A stretch of DNA of 64,000 nt from Candidatus Poribacteria bacterium (GTDB lineage: Bacteria > Poribacteria > WGA-4E > WGA-3G): contig CAXXUA010000005.1 of assembly GCA_963663765.2 (NCBI GenBank), positions 1,056,001 through 1,120,000 of the forward strand, in the 5' to 3' direction. Positions 25,578 through 36,097 of this stretch are shown one piece after another; positions within the stretch are counted from its first letter, which is position 1; the number at the start of each line of letters is the position of its first letter. Position numbers and translations under genes: made by a program. Under the pieces are notes generated by a model. It saw nothing but the letters and a program-made list of their open reading frames with translations, was not told the origin of the DNA and did no database searches.

Positions 25578-28500
25578 ATGAAAAAGATGACATCTTTACC
25601 GTTAACCTTACTTATTATTTTATTCATCAGTTTACAAACCACTTTCGCACAGGTAACCCTTGAAGGGCATACAGATGCTGTCAGTTCTGTGTCGTTTTCA
25701 CCGGATGGCACTATCCTCGCCTCTAGATCTTATGATGACACGGTGAGGTTATGGGATGTGGCGACAAAACAAAATATCGCTACACTTCGTAGTGTCAGTT
25801 CTGTGTCGTTTTCACCGGATGGCACTATCCTCGCCTCCGGGTCTAATGATGGCACGATAAAGTTGTGGGATGTGGCGACAAAACAAAGTATCGCCACCCT
25901 TGAAGGGCATACGGATGAAGTTAGTTCAGTGTCGTTTTCACCGGATGGCACTATCCTCGCCTCCGGGTCTTATGATGCTACATCCGGGTCTTATGATGCT
26001 ACGGTGAAGTTGTGGGATGTGGCGACAAAACAAGATATCGCCACCCTTGAAGGGGATACGATTTATGTTAGAACAGTGTTGTTTTCGCCGGATGGAACGC
26101 TTCTCGCATCTGCATCTTCTGATGACACAGTGAAGTTGTGGGATGTGACGACAGGCACAAATATCGCTACACTCCAAGGGCATACGGATGAAGTTAGTTC
26201 TGTGTCGTTTTCACCGGATGGCACTATCCTCGCCTCCACGTCATGGGATGACACGGTGAAGTTGTGGAATGTGGCGACACACGAAAATATCGCCACCTTT
26301 GAAGGGCATACGGATCTTGTGGGTTCAGTATCGTTTTCGTCGGATGGCACGCTGCTCGCTTCCATAGACGGATCTTTTTTTAATAGCACGGTGAAGTTGT
26401 GGGATGTGGCGACACACGAAAATATCGCTACACTTGAAGGGCATACGAGTGATATCAACTCAGCGTCGTTTTCACCGGATGGCACGCTACTCGCTTCTGG
26501 GTCTTTTACAGTGAAGTTGTGGGATGTGGCGACACACGAAAATATCGCTACACTTGAGGGACATTCGGATTATGTCTTGTCAGTATCTTTTTCACCGGAT
26601 GGGAGAACCCTCGCTTCCGGTTCGTTGGATAACACTGTGAAGTTGTGGAACATAACCGAGTTGACAAGCACCTTGGGAATAGTCTCCGGTAATAACCAAG
26701 AAGGTATAATCAACACTGTACTATCGAACCCCTTTGTCGTTGAAGTGAGAGATCGGGACAATAATCCCGTCCCAGATGCTCAAGTCACGTTTACGGTCAC
26801 CGCCGGTGAGGGGCAGCTGAGTGGGAAATCAACAGTTGACGTAACAACGGATGACAATGGCAGGGCAGCACAAACGCTTACTCTTGGTACCAAACTGGGG
26901 ACAAACTCTGTTAAAGTATCTGTTGGAAACGAGTTGGTGACGTTTAATGCTGTAGGCATCTCACGATACAAATTGGAGCTAATATCCGGTAATTACCAAC
27001 TTGGAAAGTTCGGCACAGCATTGGAAGGACCACTCGTGGTGGAGGTAAGAGATTGGCAGGGCAACCTTTTGCCCGATACGCAAGTAACGTTCACAGTTAC
27101 TGGTGGAGATGCCCTACTGAATGGGGAATCCATGAAAGTAGAGACAACCACTGATGTAAACGGCCGCGCTGCCCAAACACTTGTTCTTGGCTACACAGTA
27201 TATAACAAGGTAGTGGTATCAATCGGACATGAGTCGGTGGAATTTTCTGTTACAGGAAACTCACCATCCCTTAGTCGCACATTATTCACTGGTTCCGAAA
27301 AAAGGAAAAGTTACACAGATATCTCACCCGATGGGAAAACACTCGCTTTTACTTCAAATGACACGAATGTGGTGGAGTTGTGGGATGTGGAAACACACAC
27401 ATCTAAAGCTACATTTGACGGGCATACGGATTCTGTTTGGACAGTATCTTTTTCACCGGATGGCACACTGCTGGTGTCGGGTTCTGCAGATACCACAGTG
27501 AAGTTGTGGGATGTAGAAGCCCAGGTAAACATCGCTACGTTTGAGGAGCATACGTCCGGTGTGGATTCTGTAGCGTTTTCTCCTGATGGGACACTCCTCG
27601 CTTCAGGTGGATGGAATGGTGTTGTCAAAGTATGGGATGTGGATACAAAACAAAATATCGCTACGTTTGAAGGGCATGATACCGACGTGCTTGAAGGATG
27701 GTTCAGTGGTTGGTTCACGCCTGTTGCTTTTTCACCTGATGGGAGACTCCTTGTATACGGTGCAGCAGAGGATATCAATTTATGGGATGTGGAAACAAAA
27801 CAAAATATTGCAACTATTACGGCACATCCAGATGGAGTTGTTTCACTGTCGTTCTCACCTGATGGCACAATGCTCGCGTCCAATTCCGCAGATGTCATCA
27901 AGTTGTGGAATGTGGAAACACGCGAAAATATCTCCACAAGTATTCCTGAGGTTAACGACAGCATTTTATCAATTGCGTTTTTTCCCAATGACACAATTCT
28001 CGCTTTTAGCCTGTTACGTCGTGTGATATTGTGGGACGTAGTGCAAGATACCCCCATCGCAATCCTTGAAGGACATACAGATAATGTGTGGTCTATATCG
28101 TTTTCCCCGGATGGATTACTGCTTGCATCCAGCTCAAGCGATGGAATAGTCAAGTTGTGGGATACGGCAGAGGCAAAATCACCCCAACCTGCAAAACTGA
28201 CGAAAATATCGGGCGAAGCACAGCAGGGATGGATGGGGATACCGTTGCCGAATCCCCTTGTCGTTGAAGTGAGAGATCAATATAACAATCTTAACCCTGG
28301 TGGTCAAGTAGAGTTCTCAGTTACGGAAGGCGGTGGCAAGCTCAATGGACAATCCGACTTTGAGCGTGTAACAGCTGATGCTGATGGCAGAGCCAGGATC
28401 TCACTAACCATCGGACACACTCTGGTTAATACCGTTGAAGCGACTCCGCTTGGGGGTTCACTTGCTCGGAACCAGTCAGTAGTGTTTACCATAACCCTCT

Positions 28501-30044
28501 CACCCTACATATTTTCATCACTCCAAGCGCACAGTGAGGCTGTGTATGATTTATCGTTATCGCCTGATGGGAAAACCTTCGCCACAGGTTCATCGGATAA
28601 CACGGTGAAGTTGTGGGATATGGAAACAAAAGAATATATCGGTACGTTGGAAGGACATTCGAATTACATTAATGCTGTCTCATTTTCACCTGATGGCATC
28701 CGCCTTGCCTCCTGCTCGGGGGATAATACGGTGAGGTTGTGGGATATGGAAACGCATACTGAAATTGCTACGTTGGGTGGGCACGAAAGGAGTGTATTGG
28801 GTATAGCGTTTTCACCCGATGGCACACGTCTCGCATCCGGTGGCAGAGCAGAACTTACCGATGCTGACGGTCAGGTGAAACTATGGGATGTGGATACACA
28901 CACGCATATCGCTACACTTGAAGGGCATACGGGTTTGGTCTGGTCAGTAGCGTTTTCATCTGATGGCGAGACACTCGCCACAGCTTCATCTGATACCACA
29001 GTGAAGTTGTGGGATGTGGATACACACACAAATATCACTACACTTGAAGGGCATGAAGATTCAGTTTTGTCAGTAGCGTTTTCACTCGATGGGAAAACCC
29101 TCGCTACTGGTTCATCTGATAACACGGTGAAGTTGTGGGATGTGGATACACGCACAAATATCGCCACACTTGAGGGACATACAGGAACTGTCTGGTCTGT
29201 AGCCATTTCATCTGATGGCAAGACACTCGCCACAGCTTCATCTGATGCCACAGTGAAGGTCTGGGATGTGGATACGCACACGAATATCGCTATACTTGAG
29301 GAGCATACCGAAATTGTTTGGTCAGTAGCGTTTTCTCCCGATGGAAAAACTCTTATATCCGGGTCAGGAGATGGCACTGTGAAGTTCTGGGATATGTCAT
29401 CTATCTTCACATCCCTATTGACACCTAACTCTCTTGCTGCGGATGTCAATGGGGATGGTGTAGTTAACATGGCGGATATGGTGTTAGTCGCATCAAATTA
29501 CGGACAGACAGGGGAAAATGCTGCGGATATAAATGGGGATGGTATTGTGCATATTTACGATATTCTCCTTGTTGCTGCCCAAATCAATACAAATGGAGCA
29601 GCACCGGCACTGCATGCCAAAAACTTATCTAAGATCACCTCTGCAGATATTGAAAAATGGCTTACTGATGCACAGCAGTTGGATCTCACGGATGCAACCT
29701 CGCTTAAAGGTATCTTATTATTAGAACAACTCCTCACAGCGTTGACTCCCAAGGAGACCGCACTCTTGGCAAACTTCCCGAATCCGTTCAACCCAGAGAC
29801 GTGGATACCGTATCAGTTAGCAAAACCTGCGGTTGTGACACTCACCATCTACGCAATGAACGGACAAGTTGTTCGGCGGTTGGCACTCGGGCATCAAGCC
29901 GCGGGGATGTATCAGAACCGAAGTCGTGCGGCGTACTGGGATGGCAGAAACGCGCTAAGCGAACCTGTCGCGAGTGGAGTCTATTTCTATACACTTACTG
30001 CGGGGGACTTCACAGCCACACGTAAGATGCTCATCCGGAAGTAA
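25578..30044 (+). CDS. Secreted WD40 protein (three WD40 clusters separated by Big_1 domains) + dockerin + C-terminal sorting domain
   Basis: AAGGAG RBS; signal peptide; GH...SVSFSPDG...SGS.D.TVKLWD repeats; ISGNNQ..VVEVRD Big_1 motifs; DVNGDGVVN dockerin; NFPNPFNPETWIPY tail. Confidence 0.9.
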   Translation: MKKMTSLPLTLLIILFISLQTTFAQVTLEGHTDAVSSVSFSPDGTILASRSYDDTVRLWDVATKQNIATLRSVSSVSFSPDGTILASGSNDGTIKLWDVATKQSIATLEGHTDEVSSVSFSPDGTILASGSYDATSGSYDATVKLWDVATKQDIATLEGDTIYVRTVLFSPDGTLLASASSDDTVKLWDVTTGTNIATLQGHTDEVSSVSFSPDGTILASTSWDDTVKLWNVATHENIATFEGHTDLVGSVSFSSDGTLLASIDGSFFNSTVKLWDVATHENIATLEGHTSDINSASFSPDGTLLASGSFTVKLWDVATHENIATLEGHSDYVLSVSFSPDGRTLASGSLDNTVKLWNITELTSTLGIVSGNNQEGIINTVLSNPFVVEVRDRDNNPVPDAQVTFTVTAGEGQLSGKSTVDVTTDDNGRAAQTLTLGTKLGTNSVKVSVGNELVTFNAVGISRYKLELISGNYQLGKFGTALEGPLVVEVRDWQGNLLPDTQVTFTVTGGDALLNGESMKVETTTDVNGRAAQTLVLGYTVYNKVVVSIGHESVEFSVTGNSPSLSRTLFTGSEKRKSYTDISPDGKTLAFTSNDTNVVELWDVETHTSKATFDGHTDSVWTVSFSPDGTLLVSGSADTTVKLWDVEAQVNIATFEEHTSGVDSVAFSPDGTLLASGGWNGVVKVWDVDTKQNIATFEGHDTDVLEGWFSGWFTPVAFSPDGRLLVYGAAEDINLWDVETKQNIATITAHPDGVVSLSFSPDGTMLASNSADVIKLWNVETRENISTSIPEVNDSILSIAFFPNDTILAFSLLRRVILWDVVQDTPIAILEGHTDNVWSISFSPDGLLLASSSSDGIVKLWDTAEAKSPQPAKLTKISGEAQQGWMGIPLPNPLVVEVRDQYNNLNPGGQVEFSVTEGGGKLNGQSDFERVTADADGRARISLTIGHTLVNTVEATPLGGSLARNQSVVFTITLSPYIFSSLQAHSEAVYDLSLSPDGKTFATGSSDNTVKLWDMETKEYIGTLEGHSNYINAVSFSPDGIRLASCSGDNTVRLWDMETHTEIATLGGHERSVLGIAFSPDGTRLASGGRAELTDADGQVKLWDVDTHTHIATLEGHTGLVWSVAFSSDGETLATASSDTTVKLWDVDTHTNITTLEGHEDSVLSVAFSLDGKTLATGSSDNTVKLWDVDTRTNIATLEGHTGTVWSVAISSDGKTLATASSDATVKVWDVDTHTNIAILEEHTEIVWSVAFSPDGKTLISGSGDGTVKFWDMSSIFTSLLTPNSLAADVNGDGVVNMADMVLVASNYGQTGENAADINGDGIVHIYDILLVAAQINTNGAAPALHAKNLSKITSADIEKWLTDAQQLDLTDATSLKGILLLEQLLTALTPKETALLANFPNPFNPETWIPYQLAKPAVVTLTIYAMNGQVVRRLALGHQAAGMYQNRSRAAYWDGRNALSEPVASGVYFYTLTAGDFTATRKMLIRK

Positions 30045-30128
30045 CCTGGGCACTGTATGGGCGGTCCCCTGTACCCGCCCATAACCTATATTCTGACAAA
30101 TTGCTATTTAAAAAGGAGAACGAATCTC

Positions 30129-33100
30129 ATGAAAAAGGCGGCATTTTTCTCTTTAACCTTATTTGTTCTTTCAATCATCGGTTTACAACCCCCCCTTGCA
30201 GAACAAACATTTAACTATAGGCATGGTATATCTTCAGTGGAGTTTTCACCCGATGGAACCCTTGCCTTTGTCGCATCCGACGGTACAGCAAAGTTAGTGG
30301 ATGTGGCTACACAAAATATTATGCTCAATATTAGTGTTTCCCCCACTTCAGTGGCATTTTCGCCCGATGGAAAATTCCTTGCTATTGGCAGATCCAATAG
30401 TAAAGTGTATTTGTTGGATATTCCCAATAGAGAATTTATTAGCGTGTTTACATTGGATTTTCAGGATGAGGATAATGTTAATTCTATAGCGTTTTCGCCA
30501 GATGGCACACTCCTTGCTGCTGCAAGAAACAATTTTTTTGATGCTGGTGTAGTGAAGTTGTGGGATGTGGAAACAAAACAAGAGGTTGCTACGTTTAAAG
30601 AAAATCGGCAAGATTTCCATTCTGTATCGTTTTCACCGGATGGGACCCTCCTCGCTGCAGGGTCTAATTCCACGGTGAAGTTGTGGAATGTAGAAACAAA
30701 AGAAAATGTCACTACACTTGAAGGGCATCGGAGAAATGTCAATTCCGTGGCGTTTTCACCGGATGGGACCCTCCTTGCATCAGGTTCTGATGATGGTACA
30801 GTAAAGTTGTGGGATATGGAAACAAAAGAAAATATCGCCACGCTTGAGGGGAAATGGTGGGGTGTACTGTCAGTGGCGTTTTCTCACGATGGGACACTTC
30901 TCGCTGCCTCCGGTTATAATGATGATATAGTAAAGTTATGGGATGTGGAAACAAAAGAAAATGTCACCACCTTTGAAGGGCATTCGGATGATGTCAATTC
31001 CGTGGCGTTTTCACCGGATGGTACCCTCCTTGCATCAGGTTCTTCTGATGGCACGTTGAAGTTGTGGGATCTTACGCCTGCACAGAGAACTTTTGTAAAA
31101 ATTTCCGGTGATGACCAAACAGGTTTTTTTCTAAGGCAGTTAGGAGAACCTTTAGTCGTTGAAGTCCGAGACATGGATGATAATCCATTACCCGATATTC
31201 AGCTGACGTTCACAGTTACAGAGGGGGACGGGTTACTCGGTGGAGACTACACCAGTGTAAATGTCAATACCGACGCGAACGGTAGAGCATCGCAAACGTT
31301 TACCCTCGCTACCGATGCCGAACCAAATACCATTGAAGTTGCTATGGACTATAGGGTACTGACATTCAGTGTCCAAGGCACTTCAGAATATAAATTGGTA
31401 AAAATATCTGGTGATCAACAACGACAGGTATTCGGTTCAACATTAGAGTCTCCTTTTGTTGTAGAAGTGAGAGATTGGCAGGATAACACACTACCCGATG
31501 TTCAAGTAACATTTTCGGTCATTGCTGGTGGTGGGTTTCTGAATATGGATTCCACAGTTGAACATGTAAACACTGATGCCAATGGCAGAGCACCACAAAC
31601 GCTCATACTTGGTACCGAGGTAGAAAATACCGTTGAGGTTACATATACGTACGAGTCGGTAACCTTTGATGCTTTTGGTGTCTCTGCACCTTATGATGGA
31701 ATCCTTATAGGACACACCGATGGTGTCAATTCTGTATCGTATTCACCCGATGGGTCGCAGTTTGCAACTGGCTCCGCTGATAAAACGATAAAGTTGTGGG
31801 ATGTGGCAACGCAGGGGAATATCGCCACGCTAGTCGGGCATACTGGCATAGTCAATTCGGTGGCGTATTCATCGGATAGCACACTCCTCGCTTCTGCTTC
31901 ATCGGATAACACGATAAGGTTGTGGGATGTATCTACACAGCAAAATATCTATACGTTACATGGACACACTGATGCTGTCAATTCGGTAGCGTATTCATCG
32001 GATGGCACACTCCTCGCTTCTGCTTCATCAGATAACACGGTAAAGTTGTGGGATGTGGCAACGCGCACCAATATCACAACGTTTGAAGGACATACGCGAT
32101 CTGTTTATGTATTATCTTTTTCCCCAGATGGGACGCTTATCGCTTCCGGTTCTGCTGATAAGGATGTGAAGTTATGGGATGTCTTCACTTACGAGAATAT
32201 AGCAACATTTGAGGGAGATTGGGCAAATGTCAATTCCTTAGCATTTTCACCGGATGGAAAAATACTTGTCTCCGGAAGCAGTGCTGTCAATCTGTGGGAT
32301 GTAGCAAACCACACTAATATTGGCATCTTTAGCGAACACACTGGTAGTGTCACATCGGTAGGATTTTCACGCGACGGGACACTAATCGCTTCTGGTTCTA
32401 CTGATGATACAGTGAAGTTATGGGATCCTGCAACACATACAGTTATTGCTACGTTTGTAGGACATCACGATTATATTACTAGTGTGGCATTCCCTCCGGA
32501 TGGTGCGACCCTCGCGACTGCCTCCATAGATGACAACGTAATGTTGTGGAGTATAGACGAATATAGGACATCTCGCCCATCAAGAATTGTCATAATATCC
32601 GGTGATTCTCAGCAAGGTGTGTTTGGTATCCCGTTAGCGAACCCCTTAGTAGTTGAAGTTAGAGATCAATATGGCAACCCGCTCTCCGGTCAGTCAGTTC
32701 TCTTTACCGCTTTTGGAAGATTTGCCAAACTAAATGGAAAATCCGCTGCTGAGAAGGTAACAACCGATTCCAACGGGAGAGCAACGATCCATTTAACCCC
32801 TGGATTCACTGTTGAAAATTATGTTGACGTGGAGCTTGTCGAGAGAGGTTTAGCCGCATATCGGTTGGCAAAATTTACTGTAGACATCACACCCACAACA
32901 AACACTGAATCACTCAATGCGGATGTCAACGGTGATGGTGTCGTCAACATACAGGATTTGGTATTGGTCGCCTCAAACTATGGACAAACAGGTGAAAATG
33001 TTGCGGATATTAACGGAGATGGTGTTGTCCATATTATAGACATGATAATTGTTGCGGCTGCACTCGGAACAGAAGCAGCAGCACCGACACTGAATTCACA

Positions 33101-33524
33101 ATCCTTATCAACACTCACAGCTCCAGATGTCGACTCATGGCTGACCCAAGCACGGCAATTAGACCTGACAGATGCAACATCGCAAAGAGGCATTCTCTTC
33201 TTAGAACAGCTTCTTGCAGCGTTGATTCCCAAAGAGACTGCACTTTTGCACAACTTCCCGAATCCGTTTAACCCAGAGACGTGGATTCCATATCACTTGT
33301 CAAAGGATACGGATGTTACCATCACTATCTATGCTGTGAACGGCACATTGGTGCGGAAGTTGACACTTGGGTATCAGGCTGCCGGTATCTATCAGACCCG
33401 TTCACGTGCGGCGTATTGGGATGGCAAAAATGAGTTCGGTGAGAAAGTCGCGAGTGGCTTGTATTTCTATACGCTTACCGCAGGCGATTTTTCTGCGACG
33501 CGTAAGATGTTGATACGGAAATAG
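30129..33524 (+). CDS. Secreted WD40 protein (two WD40 clusters, Big_1 domains) + dockerin + C-terminal sorting domain
   Basis: Start moved to ATG 30129 because of the AAGGAG RBS, a leader near-identical to that of 25578, and a signal peptide. Same domain motifs as the upstream paralog. Confidence 0.9.
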   Translation: MKKAAFFSLTLFVLSIIGLQPPLAEQTFNYRHGISSVEFSPDGTLAFVASDGTAKLVDVATQNIMLNISVSPTSVAFSPDGKFLAIGRSNSKVYLLDIPNREFISVFTLDFQDEDNVNSIAFSPDGTLLAAARNNFFDAGVVKLWDVETKQEVATFKENRQDFHSVSFSPDGTLLAAGSNSTVKLWNVETKENVTTLEGHRRNVNSVAFSPDGTLLASGSDDGTVKLWDMETKENIATLEGKWWGVLSVAFSHDGTLLAASGYNDDIVKLWDVETKENVTTFEGHSDDVNSVAFSPDGTLLASGSSDGTLKLWDLTPAQRTFVKISGDDQTGFFLRQLGEPLVVEVRDMDDNPLPDIQLTFTVTEGDGLLGGDYTSVNVNTDANGRASQTFTLATDAEPNTIEVAMDYRVLTFSVQGTSEYKLVKISGDQQRQVFGSTLESPFVVEVRDWQDNTLPDVQVTFSVIAGGGFLNMDSTVEHVNTDANGRAPQTLILGTEVENTVEVTYTYESVTFDAFGVSAPYDGILIGHTDGVNSVSYSPDGSQFATGSADKTIKLWDVATQGNIATLVGHTGIVNSVAYSSDSTLLASASSDNTIRLWDVSTQQNIYTLHGHTDAVNSVAYSSDGTLLASASSDNTVKLWDVATRTNITTFEGHTRSVYVLSFSPDGTLIASGSADKDVKLWDVFTYENIATFEGDWANVNSLAFSPDGKILVSGSSAVNLWDVANHTNIGIFSEHTGSVTSVGFSRDGTLIASGSTDDTVKLWDPATHTVIATFVGHHDYITSVAFPPDGATLATASIDDNVMLWSIDEYRTSRPSRIVIISGDSQQGVFGIPLANPLVVEVRDQYGNPLSGQSVLFTAFGRFAKLNGKSAAEKVTTDSNGRATIHLTPGFTVENYVDVELVERGLAAYRLAKFTVDITPTTNTESLNADVNGDGVVNIQDLVLVASNYGQTGENVADINGDGVVHIIDMIIVAAALGTEAAAPTLNSQSLSTLTAPDVDSWLTQARQLDLTDATSQRGILFLEQLLAALIPKETALLHNFPNPFNPETWIPYHLSKDTDVTITIYAVNGTLVRKLTLGYQAAGIYQTRSRAAYWDGKNEFGEKVASGLYFYTLTAGDFSATRKMLIRK

Positions 33525-33670
33525 TCCTATTGCCTCTGTGATTTCTTCAGATGGACACAGAGGCATACCCCCTCACACAAAGCAGAAATACTTATGAAAA
33601 AGATGTTAGGTATTTGAAAAGGAAATTCTATTATAGTAGATTCTACAATTAACTTTACATTATCACAGAG

Positions 33671-33964
33671 GTGCTTTCGCCATCAACCGAGGCGATTGAC
33701 AGAGACGAAATGTTCACACATTATCAGAAACTTATGTCCTTACAAGAATATAGCCTTGTATCACAAGACAAGTTATGGGTTGGAAAGACTTTTGAAGCAC
33801 CAGAAGATGTCCTAAAGTACAATTCCATTGAATGCGGATTTCCACTGCGGGATATATACCCACGTTTCGTTTTCGGATTCATAAACGGAAATCCACCCGA
33901 TACTATAGCACAATTAAATGAAGATAAAGCATTCAGAGATATCGGATACGTGGGAAAACTATGA
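33671..33964 (+). pseudogene. Uma2-family (PD-(D/E)xK) endonuclease fragment
   Basis: EVLSPSTEAIDR..F..YQ.L.SLQEY.LVSQD matches the Uma2/DUF820 C-terminal half; the N-terminus is missing. Confidence 0.65.
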
Positions 33965-34081
33965 AGAATAGAAAGAATCTTATGGATGGTTAGAAATCGG
34001 TGTATGAAATTTCAACACTTTGACAAATCAATATTACGATCACATGAGTGGGGGAAAAGACCCCCACTCTGACCAAAATTA

Positions 34082-34699
34082 CTATACCTCTGTATCTTTC
34101 AGGTATGGCTGTAAATGTTTTCTGAGATTACGGTGCGCATGGAATAGATGTGCTTTCACTGTTCCATCAGACCTACCAACAATTGCTGCAATATCCTTAA
34201 GTGACAAACCATCCCAGTGACGTAGGATGAAAATCTGACGTTGTTTCGGCGGCAACTGACGGATAGCCTTCCGAATCTGTCCTCTAAGTTCCTTATTTTC
34301 AGCTGCTTTTGCTGGGGAATCTGACCGTAAATCCGGAAAATTCGCCATCGGCAATTCATCAGACTCACCTGTTTCGTAAACCATTACTTCCGAACGCGAT
34401 TTTTTCCGCAAAAAATCTATACAAAGGTTGACCGTAATTCTGTAAAGCCAACTATAAAACTGGCACTGACTTTTGAAATCTGCGAGTCCTTGATATGCAC
34501 GGATAAAAGCATCTTGTGTAATATCACGAGCATCTTCGTGGTTCGGAACAAAACGTTGTACTAACCTAAATGTACGTTTCTGGTAACGATTAAACAGTGT
34601 ATCAAACACAGTCTTGTCACCTTGTTGAAATTGTTCAATCAACTGGGCATCATCTTTATGACTGATTAGTGGAATACTATCTGGACTTTGGGACTGCAT
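34082..34699 (-). CDS. ECF (sigma-70 group 4) RNA polymerase sigma factor
   Basis: DARDITQDAF, FYSWLYRITVNLCID, LP..QR.IF.L and GTVKAHL motifs. Confidence 0.92.
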   Translation of the reverse strand: MQSQSPDSIPLISHKDDAQLIEQFQQGDKTVFDTLFNRYQKRTFRLVQRFVPNHEDARDITQDAFIRAYQGLADFKSQCQFYSWLYRITVNLCIDFLRKKSRSEVMVYETGESDELPMANFPDLRSDSPAKAAENKELRGQIRKAIRQLPPKQRQIFILRHWDGLSLKDIAAIVGRSDGTVKAHLFHAHRNLRKHLQPYLKDTEV

Positions 34700-34761
34700 G
34701 TTCTCCTCTTTTTTATCATTGGCTGAAAATAATTCTCAGCTTTGCATTGATAGAATTGAAG

Positions 34762-35640
34762 TCACCGATTCTTCTGTTTGTGAACTCTGTGAAACCATTT
34801 TTTATATCTATGACTATCTTTTAGCATCTGTTGAAGGATAGCAAATTCCTCGTCTTCTTCAGAACAAGGGGCATCCTCAAGCAATGCTAACAACTCCTCA
34901 CATACTATCTTGTCTTCATCAACAAGCGATGATAGTAGTTTCTCAAAATGTTCTCCATGACCAAGTAGTGAGAACAACTGGTTTGTGTGACGTATCTCTT
35001 CTGAGGCGGCTTGGTTAAGGTAAGCCGCGAGTTCGTGTTCATTACGTTTTTCCGCAATTCGAGCAAGTATCAGTCGAATCCCGATGAGTTTTAGCTTTGC
35101 TTGGGCAAGTTCATCAATGTCCGTCTCAAACTTCTCACGGAGACGGTCAGCATCACGCGGATGTAATTGCGCATAACTCGGCCACACCGGTTTAGCCATC
35201 ACCTGTTTCAGTCTTGTTAAACTTTCAATCAAATTATTACGTTCTTCGGGAGACATTTGGCCAAATGTATGTTCCCAAAATTCCGCTGCATGTTGCACAC
35301 GTTCACGAAATAAATGTTCCGATTGCGGGGTCAGTTGAATACGAGCACGTCTCCGATCCTCTTCACATTTACGACGAATTACCCAACCATGACGTTCAAG
35401 CCTACTAACCAAACCAGAAACCGTATTGTGCGCAAGACCTAAATGCTCACCTAACTCACTGGCATACATTCCGTTTTCACGACCATACCAATGAAGATGC
35501 TGCAAAGCGTTATACTGGACAATCGTCAGACGATTGGGTACTACTTCTTGTATAAACCTTGATTTGACTGCCGCCTGCGCATGACGCATCACACGCATAA
35601 CAACGTCTATCTCTTTATTGAACTCTCGCTCATCAGACAT
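34762..35640 (-). CDS. MarR-family regulator fused to a C-terminal ferritin/rubrerythrin-like helical domain
   Basis: N-terminal wHTH (LT..QY.AL..., SELGEHLGL...VSGLVSRLE..GW..R...EDRR...I.LT); C-terminal helical bundle with A.EEIRH (ExxH). Confidence 0.8.
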   Translation of the reverse strand: MSDEREFNKEIDVVMRVMRHAQAAVKSRFIQEVVPNRLTIVQYNALQHLHWYGRENGMYASELGEHLGLAHNTVSGLVSRLERHGWVIRRKCEEDRRRARIQLTPQSEHLFRERVQHAAEFWEHTFGQMSPEERNNLIESLTRLKQVMAKPVWPSYAQLHPRDADRLREKFETDIDELAQAKLKLIGIRLILARIAEKRNEHELAAYLNQAASEEIRHTNQLFSLLGHGEHFEKLLSSLVDEDKIVCEELLALLEDAPCSEEDEEFAILQQMLKDSHRYKKWFHRVHKQKNR

Positions 35641-35673
35641 TTTCTAATTACGTCCTATATATGAAGTAAATTC

Positions 35674-35719
35674 TGTCGTATACGACATAAATTATATAAT
35701 TAATCTCAGTGGTTGTCAA
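35674..35719 (-). promoter_or_regulatory. Consensus sigma70 promoter with a perfect palindromic operator at the transcription start
   Basis: Minus strand: TTGACA (35719-35714) - 17 nt - TATAAT (35696-35691). Perfect 14-bp palindrome TGTCGTATACGACA at 35674-35687. Confidence 0.8.
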
Positions 35720-36097
35720 ATTAAAATGTAGAATTACTGTAACCATAGACTTAAAGTTTTTGCTATTTTATCTTTGAAATTAATGAATATCTGTGATATA
35801 ATTAAATTATTATTGTAAATCCTACACTTCGCACTTGCTTTTAATAAGTTTTTATAATATTTGTGTAAACCCACACCACACAAATATTTGTACACAATTA
35901 TGGAGATTTTGAGTCCAATATTTTGAGACAAGTTCAAACTTATAATACTTCATTTAAGATTGAAATTGTTTGCCAAATATAGGCCACACAAGAATTTATC
36001 AAATTAATATAGAAAAACGCGATTCAGAAGTGCGGGGTGAAGGGTAAATTGTATATGAAACATAAAACCTTGTATATAAAACGCTAAATACAAAAAC

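Noticed and set aside
22705-33524. Classical integron cassette array
   Set aside because: No integrase and no attC-like RYYYAAC...GTTRRRY structures were recognised; the junctions derive from coding sequence.
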